A stretch of DNA of 64,000 nt from an uncultured delta proteobacterium (GTDB taxonomy: Bacteria > Myxococcota_A > Polyangia > Polyangiales > Polyangiaceae), in NCBI GenBank assembly GCA_963782055.1, contig CAWAIF010000003.1, forward strand, positions 2,656,001-2,720,000, in the 5' to 3' direction. Shown in pieces: positions 10,421 through 19,279 of this stretch (positions within the stretch are counted from its first letter, which is position 1; every line of letters begins with the position of its first letter). The notes beneath the pieces are model-generated. The model did no database searches. It was not told where the DNA came from and saw only the letters and a list, made by a program, of their open reading frames with translations. A program made the translations under genes and the position numbers.

Positions 10421-11409
10421 GCGGGGCGCTGGCGGGAGAGGGCATCCATGTCGGCGTCGACCATGAGCCTCGCGAGCTCCTCGAACCTCACCGTCGGTTT
10501 CCACCCGAAGGCCGCGTGGGCCTTGCGGGCGTCGCCGAGGAGCAGGTCGACCTCGGTCGGCCGGAAGTAGCTCGGGTCGATCACGACGTGCTTCTTGTAG
10601 TCCAGGCCGGCGTGCGCGAACGCGACCTCGCAGAACTCGCGGACGGTGTGGGTCTCGCCGGTGGCGATGACGTAGTCGTCCGCCTTGTCGCACTGCAACA
10701 TCTGCCACATCGCGACGACGTAGTCCTTCGCGTAGCCCCAGTCGCGCTTTGCGTCGAGGTTGCCCAGCGCGATCTCCTTCTGCAGCCCCAGCTTGATCGC
10801 GGCGATCCCCCGCGTGATCTTGCGCGTGACGAAGCTCTCGCCCCGGCGCGGAGACTCGTGGTTGAAGAGAATGCCGTTACAGACGAACATCCCGTACGCT
10901 TCTCGGTAGTTCACGGCGATCGTGTGCGCATAGACCTTCGCCGCCGCGTAAGGCGACCGCGGGTGGAAGGGCGTCGTCTCCGACTGGGGCGATACTGCGG
11001 CGGAGCCGAACATCTCCGACGAGCCTGCCTGATAGAAGCGCGTCACCAGGTCCGTCTCGCGGATACCCTCGAGCAGACGCAGCGCGCCCAGCCCGGCCGT
11101 CTCGGCGGTGTACTCGGGGATCTCGAAGCTCACCTTGACGTGGCTCTGCGCGCCGAGGTTGTAGATCTCGTCGGGCCTGACCGCCCGGAGCGTCCGGTTG
11201 ACCGAGGACGCGTCGGTGAGATCGCCGTAGTGCAGGTGGCGGCGCTGGGAGGAACCGCCGGCGTTGAAGATGTGATCGATGCGGCTTCGGTTCAACGAGC
11301 TCGAGCGACGTACGAGGCCGTGGACTTCGTAGCCCTTTTCGAGGAGCAGCTCGGCGAGGTATGAGCCGTCTTGACCGGTGATGCCGGTGATCAGCGCGCG
11401 CTTCGACAT
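10417..11409 (-). CDS. gmd: GDP-mannose 4,6-dehydratase
   Basis: [53 protein letters not shown] and [10 protein letters not shown]. Confidence 0.95.
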   Translation of the reverse strand: MSKRALITGITGQDGSYLAELLLEKGYEVHGLVRRSSSLNRSRIDHIFNAGGSSQRRHLHYGDLTDASSVNRTLRAVRPDEIYNLGAQSHVKVSFEIPEYTAETAGLGALRLLEGIRETDLVTRFYQAGSSEMFGSAAVSPQSETTPFHPRSPYAAAKVYAHTIAVNYREAYGMFVCNGILFNHESPRRGESFVTRKITRGIAAIKLGLQKEIALGNLDAKRDWGYAKDYVVAMWQMLQCDKADDYVIATGETHTVREFCEVAFAHAGLDYKKHVVIDPSYFRPTEVDLLLGDARKAHAAFGWKPTVRFEELARLMVDADMDALSRQRPA

Positions 11410-11698
11410 GACTTGGGTGCCAGGAGCCCGTGGCTCGCGGGGATTCCAGACGACGTCGCGCGAGAGGTGAGGCGCGCCCCGGCGCGCACGTCCATCTCGG
11501 TGTCGGTCGTCGGCTCGAAGGACATGTCGCCCCAGCTCCTGAAGGTCGCCATCGGTGGCCCTCCTGAGAATCCGCTCCTTCTAGCACGTTTCTCGGTCGC
11601 GCGAGTACCACGGCGATGACCGTCACGAGGCCCCCTCGGTCGTCGACCTGCAGAGCCGCGCCGACGGCGAGTGAGGTCGGCGGGGTCGCGGTGGAAGG

Positions 11699-12310
11699 TC
11701 AGCGCGGGTCGCGCCACATGAGCCACACCGGCGGCGCGTCCTCGGCCATGCGAAACTCCTCGGTCAGGGCGAAGCCGTGGCGCTCGTAGAGGCGCGCGTT
11801 CGTCTCGGTCGAGGCCTCCAGGTAAGCGGCTGCGCCGTCGGCGTCGCAGCAATCCAGCACGCCGCGGAGCAGCGCCGAGCCGATGCCGCGACCTTGCTTC
11901 TCGGGATCCACGCCTATCGCGAAGAGGTACCAGTGCGCCCGGGAGGGGTGCCTCTCCTGGACGCGCTGCCCGGCGCGCGCCCGGGCGAGCGCGCGCGTCG
12001 CCCCGACGGCGCCGAGCAGCGCCGGACCCATCGCGAGCATGCGCATCGCGCCGGTGTTCCACTTGCCCGGCGGCGTCCAGAGCGCGACGCCGTCCTCGCC
12101 GGCGAGCCACGCCTCGCGGTGCGGAAGGACCGCGTGCCGGAAGAAGGTGCCGAACGCCTGCCCCAGGCGGTCGTGGCGGAGCATGTAGTTGGCGACCGGG
12201 TCGCGATCGAAGGCGCGGGCGAGCACGCGCACGACCGTGGCGTGGTCATGCGCCTCGGCGCGTCGGAGGGGAGGGGGCGTCATGCGGTCATCCTGGGTCA
12301 CGGAGGTCAC
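11699..12310 (-). CDS. GNAT N-acetyltransferase
   Basis: HWYLFAIGVDPEKQGRGIGSALL and AYLEASTETNARLYERHGF. The start is GTG 12310 (overlapping the epmA stop) or ATG 12283. Confidence 0.85.
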   Translation of the reverse strand: MTSVTQDDRMTPPPLRRAEAHDHATVVRVLARAFDRDPVANYMLRHDRLGQAFGTFFRHAVLPHREAWLAGEDGVALWTPPGKWNTGAMRMLAMGPALLGAVGATRALARARAGQRVQERHPSRAHWYLFAIGVDPEKQGRGIGSALLRGVLDCCDADGAAAYLEASTETNARLYERHGFALTEEFRMAEDAPPVWLMWRDPR

Positions 12311-13203
12311 AGCTCCTCGACGGTGAAGGCGATCACCTCGCCGATGTTCCTGGTCCCCGCGACCAGGGCGCACAGCCGGTCCACGCCGAGCGCGTTGCCG
12401 CCGCTCGGGGGCATGCGCCCCACCGCCGCCAGCAGCTTCTCGTCCACCGGATACACCGGCAGGCCGCGCTCCTTCCGCGCCGCCTGGTCGCGCTCGAAGC
12501 GCGCGCGCTGCTCCACCGCGTCGGTCAGCTCGCCGAAGCCGTTGCACAGCTCGAGACCCGCGACGTACAGCTCGAAGCGCTCGGCCACGCGTGGGTCGTC
12601 CGGTTTGTTGCGCGCGAGCGACGCCATCGGCGCCGGGTACTCCGTCAAAAACACCGCGTGCGGCAGCGCGGTGAGCGCCGGCTCCACCTTCTCCACCAGC
12701 AGCCGGAAGAAGCGGTCCTCGTCGCGCTCCGCCATCGCGAGCGTCTCCTCGGCGCTCACCCCGGCGAAGCGCTCGAACGCCTCGCGGACGGTCAGCCGCG
12801 CGAAGGGCGGCCGCGCGTCCACCTCGACGCCCTCGATCACGAACCGCCCGCCCGAGACCGCGGCGACGAGCTGCTCGGTGTCGCGCATCACGTCCGCTAC
12901 CCCCGCGTTCCCGCGATACCACTCCAGCATGGTGAACTCGGGGTTGTGCTGCGCGCCGAGCTCGCCGCGCCGGAAGCACCGGCACACCTGGTAGATGCGC
13001 TCGTGCCCGCCCGCGAGCAGCCGCTTCATCTGGTACTCGGGCGAGGTGATGAGCCACCCGTCCCCGGCGGCGAAGGCGTCCAGGTGCAGGTCCATCCCCG
13101 GCGAGGGCACGATCGCCGGCGTCTCGACCTCCAGAAAGCCGCGCGCCTCGAAGAAGCGACGGATGGCGCGCAGCACGCCGGCGCGCAGCGCGAGCTGCTT
13201 CAT
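12307..13203 (-). CDS. epmA: EF-P lysine aminoacylase (GenX/PoxA)
   Basis: LysRS-like catalytic domain with no anticodon domain: FLEVETP, TSPEYQMKRLL, HNPEFTMLEWYR, AERFELY..GLELCNGFGELTD and ALGVDRL. Confidence 0.92.
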   Translation of the reverse strand: MKQLALRAGVLRAIRRFFEARGFLEVETPAIVPSPGMDLHLDAFAAGDGWLITSPEYQMKRLLAGGHERIYQVCRCFRRGELGAQHNPEFTMLEWYRGNAGVADVMRDTEQLVAAVSGGRFVIEGVEVDARPPFARLTVREAFERFAGVSAEETLAMAERDEDRFFRLLVEKVEPALTALPHAVFLTEYPAPMASLARNKPDDPRVAERFELYVAGLELCNGFGELTDAVEQRARFERDQAARKERGLPVYPVDEKLLAAVGRMPPSGGNALGVDRLCALVAGTRNIGEVIAFTVEEL

Positions 13204-13901
13204 CGCGGGGAGAGGCCGCCGAGCAGCAGGTCGGCGACCTGGCCCGCCGCGCGCGAGAGGCCGCCCTTCTCGGCCTTGCCGAGCGCCCAGGTGAGCGCGA
13301 TGCCGTCCAGCGCCCCGAACAGGACGCGCGCCACCAGGTGCGGCGACGCGTCCTTCCGGAACTCCCCGGCGGCCTGCCCCGCCTCCACGACCTTCGCGAT
13401 GACGTCCAGGTACGACTGGAACTTGGGCGCCGCGTACTCCTTCAGCAGCTGCGTCGACTGCCGCAGGATCACCGTCATCACCTCCGCGAGCTCGCGCTCG
13501 CCCTCCAGCAGGCCGAGCTGCAGCTCGACGACGCGCCGCAGGCGTGCGCGGGCGTCGGGCAGCTTGGGCAGCTCCTCGCGCGTGTAGGAGAGCAGGCGCT
13601 CCACCCGGTCCTCGAAGAGGGAGACGAGGAGGTCCTCCTTCGATGCAAAGTACAAGTAGATCGTGCCGTCGGCGACGCCGGCCGCGCGCGCCACGTCGGA
13701 CACGCGGGTCGCGTAGAAGCCGTTCTTGGCGAACACCTTCACGGCCGCGCCCAGGATGCGCTCGCGCTTGTCGCCGCGGGCCGCCGGGGCGCGCGCGGGC
13801 CCCCCGCGATCGGTCGGCGCCGGCCGGGCCGAGCGGCCACTCCGCGGCGCAGAAGCGCGGGATTTCCGCCTCGGTTTCGGACTGAGTGAGGATTCACTCA
13901 T
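13200..13901 (-). CDS. TetR-family regulator, Bacillus FadR (YsiA)-like
   Basis: HTH segment VARAAGVADGTIYLYFASKEDLL and a C-domain with ELAEVMTVILRQS. ATGA overlap with epmA. Confidence 0.85.
   Translation of the reverse strand: MSESSLSPKPRRKSRASAPRSGRSARPAPTDRGGPARAPAARGDKRERILGAAVKVFAKNGFYATRVSDVARAAGVADGTIYLYFASKEDLLVSLFEDRVERLLSYTREELPKLPDARARLRRVVELQLGLLEGERELAEVMTVILRQSTQLLKEYAAPKFQSYLDVIAKVVEAGQAAGEFRKDASPHLVARVLFGALDGIALTWALGKAEKGGLSRAAGQVADLLLGGLSPR
13883..13900. promoter_or_regulatory. Palindromic operator TGAGTGA-N4-TCACTCA overlapping the TetR start
   Basis: Perfect 7-bp inverted repeat, similar to the B. subtilis FadR box TGAATGA-N4-TCATTCA. Confidence 0.65.
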
Positions 13902-13952
13902 TACGGCAGCCAGTAGCAAAGGGTGCCGGGGGAGACAAGGGGCGCCCCCGGG

Positions 13953-16900
13953 TCAGCGCAGGCGCGCGACCTTCCCCGCCGCCCCCCACCGCGCGTACGC
14001 CTCCCGCGCGGCGTCTCGCTCCGACCGCTTCGCGGCCCCGGCCGGGTGACACTCCGCGGCGAGCTCGTGCGCCAGCGCGATGTCGCTGATCCAGTCGGCC
14101 TCGCCCGCCAGCGTCACCGCCTCCGCGAAGTGCGCCAGCGCGCCCTCCCGGTCGCCCTCGATGCGGCGGAGCGCGCCCCGGACCAGACTCACGCGGTGCG
14201 CGAAGTTCACCGGCGCGTGGGCCGAGAGGTCGCGCAGCGCCTTCAGGCTCGCCTCCAGCCTGGGCCGCAGGGCCTGGCGCTCCGCCTCGCTCAGCTCGTC
14301 CCAGGCGCCGCTCGCGGCGAGCACCGCGAACTGGTGCATGATCGGCACGTGCCAGACCGAGGGCGCGGCGTCGAGGTAGTCGCGCGCGGTCTCGAAGCAC
14401 GCGGAGGCCTCCCGCGCGCGGCCGAAGTGATACCGCGCCAGGCCCATCACCACACGCAGCACGTAGATGCCGCTGCGCGAGCCCTCCTGCTCCGCCTGCG
14501 CCAGCAGGCTCGCCTCGTCGAAGCCGGCGTCGTCGAGGCGCGACGGGTCGGCCATCTGCCCGGTGAGGCACCGCAGCAGCTGCTCGAAGGGCGCGTGGAC
14601 GTGCAAGGCGTTGACCTGCCCGAGCGCGCGCATCTGCTCGCCGAGCTGCGTCGCCTCGGCGAGGAGCGGTGCGAGCGGGCGTCCGGCGTACATCGCGTTG
14701 TGGACGTAGCCGTGCGCCGCGTACGAGGCGTACTCCAGGTCCCCCGTGCGACGGCCGATGTCGAACACCTCCCGGAGCGGCGCGAGGATCGTGTGCAGCG
14801 GGACCATCCACGGGCACACCAGGTTGTAGACCACGTGGCGCGTGGCGGCCTCCAGGCTGCGATCCTCCCAGCGGTCGACGAGCTTGACGGCGAGCTGACC
14901 CCACTCGTGGCTGACCGGGTACATCCCCAGGGTGTTGAGCACGATCCCCAGCAGCGCGATGGCGTACGGGGTCGCCGGGGCCAGCCCGCGCTCCACCGAG
15001 GTGGTCACCAGGTTGGCCGCGAGGACGGGCAGCAGCATCGGCCTGCCGAAGTAGGCGGCGGGGCTGACGCGCACCTGCACGCGCATCGCGGCGACGACCT
15101 GGGGGTCGTCGACGTCGGGCATCGCGGCGAGGCCGGCGGGGCCCACTCGCGTCAGGCTCTTTAGCGCGGCGGTGAAGGCGGCACCGACCTCCGCCTCGCC
15201 CGGGTCCTTCGGCAGTCGCACGCCGAGCAGCTCCAGCACCTCGCTCGCCGTGTTCACCGCCGACGCGTAGTCGTGGCGGCCGATGAAGGCGTCGATCTCC
15301 ACCTCCCACGCCACGAGCTGGTCCATCACCGTGCGGCCGTGCGCCTTGACCTCGGCGATGTGCGGCGCGAGCGCGTCCCACTCCGCGCAGAGGTACGCCG
15401 TCTCCGCCGCGCCTGCGTGGAGGCCGAGGGCCAGGGCGTACTCGTCGCGCCACGCGTTCTGCGGGTCGGGCAAGAGCGCGATGCCCCGCTCGAAGCACGT
15501 GAAGGCGAGCGGGAACGCCGCCCCCCCCCGCGCGGCTCCGCCGGCCTGCAGGTGGAGCTTCGCCGCCGCGAGGCGCTCCGCCGGGTCGGTGATCAGGGAG
15601 GCGGCCGCGCCCAGGTGGCGGACCGTGTCGAACACCCAGGCGCCCGCCGGCTCGCCGTCCGATGCGGCGTGGCGCGCGGTGAGCGCACGCGCGAGGGCGA
15701 GGTGATGCGCGCGGCGCGCGCCCGTGTCCAGCGACGCGAGGACCGACTCGCGGATGCGGTCGTGGTAGGTGGCGACGCGATCGTCGGCGCCCGGACCCGT
15801 CGAGCCCAGCAAGGACGCGCTCCGCAGGGAGAGCAGCGCGGGGAGCGCCTCGGGATCCAGGCCCGCGGCGGCGAAGGCGACCGACTGGGCCACCGGGCTG
15901 TCGGCGACGGCCACGACCTCCAGCAGCGCGCGCTGATCGCGGGGCAGCGCCCGCAGGCGCGTGGCGATCGCGCCCTCGAGCGACATCTCGGCGCTCCGGG
16001 GCGTGTCGTGCGTCGCGAACCGGGCGAGCTCCTCGATGAAGAAGGGGACGCCCGCGGCCTCCTCGGCGAGGTCGCGCACGCGCGAGGGGCTCGCCGCCTC
16101 CCCGAGCGCCGCCAGCGTGGCGCGCGCCAGCGCCTCGGCGTCTTCGTGCGGGAGCGCCAGCGCGGGGAGGTCGACGAGCGCGCCGTGCGCGTCCAGCTCA
16201 CGCGCGAACGCCAGGTAGCCCGCCAGCGCGTCGTTGCGCAGCGCCTCCTCCGGCCGGAAGCTCGCCACGAGCAGGAGCGGCATCTCGCGCGGCTCCCGCA
16301 CCAGCGACTCCAGCAGTCCCGCGCTGTCTGCGTCCGCCCACTGCAGATCGTCGATCGCCAGCACGATGCTTCGACGCCGCACGCGGGCGAGCGACTCCAG
16401 CAGCTCGCGCAGCGCCGTCCACGCGCGCCGCCGCAGCTTCATCGCGTCGCGCGCGGGGGCGTGGGCCGCGCGCGCGGCGATCGCCGGGACGACCGAGAGG
16501 GCAGGGAAGACGTTCATCAGCTCGCCGGTCCACGCCGGGAGCAGCGCGTCCACGTCCAGCCGCGCGGCGCCCTCGCTGCGCTGCGCCTCCAGCAGCCTCT
16601 CGGCGAGCTGATCGACGATGCCGTCGAAGGCCTTGTACGGCACGCTCTCGCGCTCGTAGCACCGGCCGGAGAAGACCTCCGCCTGGTGCATGTCGCGTAC
16701 GCCACCGACGAAGCTCCGCACCACCGCCGACTTCCCGATGCCCGACGCGCCGCGCACGTGCGCCACCGTCAGGCGTCCCTCCCGCGTCCGCTCGAAGGCG
16801 CGCGCCAGCGTCGCGAGCTCCTGAGTGCGGCCGACGAAGACCGACCGCGGCGCGCGGCCCGTCGCGCCCAGCCCGCCGCCCGCGCCCTTGGTCAGGATCG

Positions 16901-17882
16901 CGAGCACCTCCCGCCCTTCGGGACGGAGCTCCGGCTCCGGGCGGAGCAGCCACGCGCAGAGCTCGCTCAGGTCCGCCGGGAGGCCGGGCAGCAGCAGGCG
17001 CGGCGCCGGGGGCGTCTGCAGCGTCTTCTGGATGTACAGCTCCACGTGGCTCGAGGCGCCGGCGAAGGGCAGTCGTCCGGTCAGGATCTCGTAGAGCATC
17101 ACCCCGAGCGCGTACCAGTCGGAGGCCGGGCCCACCTCGCCGCCGGTCATCTGCTCGGGGGACATGTACGTCGGGGTGCCGCTGAGCGCCGACGAGCGCG
17201 TCTCTTCCCCGACGCGCCGCGCCAGCCCGAAGTCCACCACCACCACGTCGCCCTCGCCACGCACCAGCACGTTGCTCGGCTTGACGTCGCCGTGCCAGAG
17301 GCCCGCGTCATGGAGGGCGAGCACACCCCGGGCGAGCGCGCCGAACGCCTCGCGCACCGTCTCGATGGGTCGCGTCGGCGGTGCGACGCTGCCAGAGTCG
17401 AGGAGGTGCGGCGGCGTGGCCTCGTCGAGCGCCGGGTCGTGCTCGCGCATCGTCGGCATCTCGTGCCGCAGCGTGAGCCGTATGCCGCGCACATCCAGAT
17501 CCTGCCCGCGCGCCCACCGCCGGAAGTCGATCCCCTCGATCCGTTCCATGGCGAAGAACCACAGGCCGTCCTCGCAGCCCAGCTCGTAGACCGGGGCGAG
17601 GTTGGGGTGCGACAGGTCCGCGACCGTCCGGAACTCGCGCTTCAGCCGCACGCCGGCCGCCGCGTCGGCCACCAGGATCGTCTTGAGGGCGACCCGCGCG
17701 TCGCGCTCCCGGTCGATGGCGTCGTGGACGGTCCCCATCCCGCCCCCGCCAAGGCGCCCCACCACCTCGTAGCGTCCGAGCGTGACCGGGTGCTCCGGGG
17801 TGGCCGCGAGGAGCTTCGCGAGGAGCGCCTCGGCGGCGATGCTGCTCGCGTCGTCGTCGCCTTGCTCTGCGGCGGTCGCCAT
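13953..17882 (-). CDS. Ser/Thr kinase - STAND (AAA_16-like) ATPase - TPR-like helical protein
   Basis: GGGGMG, VALK, HGDVKPSN and DFG; Walker A GASGIGKS; Walker B LAIDDLQWAD. RBS GGAGAGGA. Confidence 0.9.
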   Translation of the reverse strand: MATAAEQGDDDASSIAAEALLAKLLAATPEHPVTLGRYEVVGRLGGGGMGTVHDAIDRERDARVALKTILVADAAAGVRLKREFRTVADLSHPNLAPVYELGCEDGLWFFAMERIEGIDFRRWARGQDLDVRGIRLTLRHEMPTMREHDPALDEATPPHLLDSGSVAPPTRPIETVREAFGALARGVLALHDAGLWHGDVKPSNVLVRGEGDVVVVDFGLARRVGEETRSSALSGTPTYMSPEQMTGGEVGPASDWYALGVMLYEILTGRLPFAGASSHVELYIQKTLQTPPAPRLLLPGLPADLSELCAWLLRPEPELRPEGREVLAILTKGAGGGLGATGRAPRSVFVGRTQELATLARAFERTREGRLTVAHVRGASGIGKSAVVRSFVGGVRDMHQAEVFSGRCYERESVPYKAFDGIVDQLAERLLEAQRSEGAARLDVDALLPAWTGELMNVFPALSVVPAIAARAAHAPARDAMKLRRRAWTALRELLESLARVRRRSIVLAIDDLQWADADSAGLLESLVREPREMPLLLVASFRPEEALRNDALAGYLAFARELDAHGALVDLPALALPHEDAEALARATLAALGEAASPSRVRDLAEEAAGVPFFIEELARFATHDTPRSAEMSLEGAIATRLRALPRDQRALLEVVAVADSPVAQSVAFAAAGLDPEALPALLSLRSASLLGSTGPGADDRVATYHDRIRESVLASLDTGARRAHHLALARALTARHAASDGEPAGAWVFDTVRHLGAAASLITDPAERLAAAKLHLQAGGAARGGAAFPLAFTCFERGIALLPDPQNAWRDEYALALGLHAGAAETAYLCAEWDALAPHIAEVKAHGRTVMDQLVAWEVEIDAFIGRHDYASAVNTASEVLELLGVRLPKDPGEAEVGAAFTAALKSLTRVGPAGLAAMPDVDDPQVVAAMRVQVRVSPAAYFGRPMLLPVLAANLVTTSVERGLAPATPYAIALLGIVLNTLGMYPVSHEWGQLAVKLVDRWEDRSLEAATRHVVYNLVCPWMVPLHTILAPLREVFDIGRRTGDLEYASYAAHGYVHNAMYAGRPLAPLLAEATQLGEQMRALGQVNALHVHAPFEQLLRCLTGQMADPSRLDDAGFDEASLLAQAEQEGSRSGIYVLRVVMGLARYHFGRAREASACFETARDYLDAAPSVWHVPIMHQFAVLAASGAWDELSEAERQALRPRLEASLKALRDLSAHAPVNFAHRVSLVRGALRRIEGDREGALAHFAEAVTLAGEADWISDIALAHELAAECHPAGAAKRSERDAAREAYARWGAAGKVARLR

Positions 17883-18026
17883 TCCTCTCCCGGCCTCGGA
17901 CCTTCCCTGAAGAGACCCATTGTCGCACGGCGAGGGCGCGCGGTGGGGCGCGTCGTCGGGGGCCTGGAGAGCCGGTGTCGTACGGCGCCCCCGCGGGGGT
18001 CGGGCCTCTGGTACGCTTCCCGGGCC

Positions 18027-18443
18027 ATGCCGCGCGCGATCGCCGTCCTCCCGCTCTTCGCCGCGCTCCTCGCGGGGCCCGCGGCCCAGGCTCGACCGAC
18101 GCCGCCGCCGGATCACAAGCCTGCCGTCATCCCGCCGGCCAAGCGCCAGGAGGCGGCGATCGCCGCGCGCGTCCGCACCGTCCTGCAGGCCTTCCGCGGC
18201 AAGCCGGATGACGCCAGCACCTGGGCTCAGGCGCGGGCCGCCGTCGGCAACACCCTCTTGGAGCTGTGGCGCTCCGGCGTGCTCAAGGGCAACAAGGCCA
18301 GCCTGGCGTACACCGTCGCGTGCGGGGGAGGCGCGACGATGACGCAGAACGACATCAACCTGAAGCGCCTGGTCGTGGTCTACGGCGTGGCGCTGCAGAA
18401 GCCGGCGGAGTTCTCGTACACCGTGGTGAGCCTGGTCCTGTAG
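18027..18443 (+). CDS. Secreted protein consisting of a phage/eCIS tail-sheath C-terminal domain
   Basis: Sec-type signal MPRAIAVLPLFAALLAGPAAQA and a Pro linker, then KPDDASTW...LWRSGVLKG...AYTVACG.GATMTQNDI...LVVVYGVALQKPAEF. TACGCT lies 9 nt upstream. Confidence 0.75.
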   Translation: MPRAIAVLPLFAALLAGPAAQARPTPPPDHKPAVIPPAKRQEAAIAARVRTVLQAFRGKPDDASTWAQARAAVGNTLLELWRSGVLKGNKASLAYTVACGGGATMTQNDINLKRLVVVYGVALQKPAEFSYTVVSLVL

Positions 18444-18452
18444 GGAGGGGCC

Positions 18453-18716
18453 CTACCTCGCCAGCATGAACATCCGCTCGGCGAAGACCGCGACCTGATG
18501 ACCCATCCACGGTCCGGCCACCACCAGCGCCACGACCACCGCCAGGATGCGGGGCAGGTGCGAGATCGTCGGGTCCTGGATCTGCGAGGCCGCCTGGAAC
18601 GCCGCCACCACCAGCCCGACCAGCGCCGCCACGCCGACGGCGGGCAGGGACACCGCGAGCGAGAGGATGAGCGCCTCCTGCCCGTGCTGCACCAGCGCGG
18701 CCGCGTGCGGGGCCAT
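18453..18716 (-). CDS. sctS: Type III export apparatus subunit SctS/EscS/FliQ family
   Basis: 87 aa, hydrophobic, with SLPAVGVAALVGLVVAAFQAASQIQDPTISHLPRI...GPWM. Confidence 0.85.
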   Translation of the reverse strand: MAPHAAALVQHGQEALILSLAVSLPAVGVAALVGLVVAAFQAASQIQDPTISHLPRILAVVVALVVAGPWMGHQVAVFAERMFMLAR

Positions 18717-18718
18717 CG

Positions 18719-19159
18719 TCACTCCGAGGCCGCGTCGGACGCCGCGTCGCCACCGCCGGCGTCGCTCGCCGCGTCGCCCGTCGTCGCGTCGCCGCTGCCG
18801 GCGTCGGAGGCCGCGTCCCCGCCGCCGCTGTCGCTCGATGTCGCGTCGGGCACGCCGGTGTCGGGCAAGCTGGCGTCGCTGCCGGGGGAGAGCGGGTTGA
18901 GCTTGCAGATGTCGGTCGTCGCCTGCGAGCGGTCCGGCGGGCAGCAGATGTCGGCGCTGCTGTTGTTGACGCCCGCCTCGGTCACGATGGTGATCTGACC
19001 GCCGGGCGTGCAGATGAGGCCGTTGTCGCAGTCGTCGTTGTTGTTGTTGGTCTCGCAGCGCTCGCCCTCTCCGTGGGTGGCGCACGACGCCGTCGGCACG
19101 ATGACCACGAAGCCGACGGCGGCGATCGCAAGGAAAAATAGGCGCGAGGGCTTCCGCAT
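18719..19159 (-). CDS. Cys-rich putative lipoprotein with an Asp/Ala/Gly-rich tail
   Basis: MRKPSRLFFLAIAAVGFVVIVPTASC, then GERC...DDCDNGLIC...ICCPP...C, and a tail with GDAASDA x3. Confidence 0.7.
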   Translation of the reverse strand: MRKPSRLFFLAIAAVGFVVIVPTASCATHGEGERCETNNNNDDCDNGLICTPGGQITIVTEAGVNNSSADICCPPDRSQATTDICKLNPLSPGSDASLPDTGVPDATSSDSGGGDAASDAGSGDATTGDAASDAGGGDAASDAASE

Positions 19160-19279
19160 CGGCGGCAAAGCTCCCACGAAGCGCCGCGCGTGGCTAGGGG
19201 GAAAGTTGCCGGCCCCGGCTGGATCTCGCCGGCGCGTGCCGCTACAGTGCCGCCCCCGTCCACAAGAGGAGTCCCGACG

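Noticed and set aside
18027..18716. Prophage, eCIS or complete T3SS locus
   Set aside because: Only one sheath-like domain and one SctS are present. There are no other structural, integrase or export genes in the window.
18732..18822. GDAASDA repeats and DAG/DGG linkers in lipoproteins as a CRISPR-like or glycosylation signal
   Set aside because: They are in-frame low-complexity coding linkers with no spacer structure, and nothing in the sequence ties them to the GT-C island.
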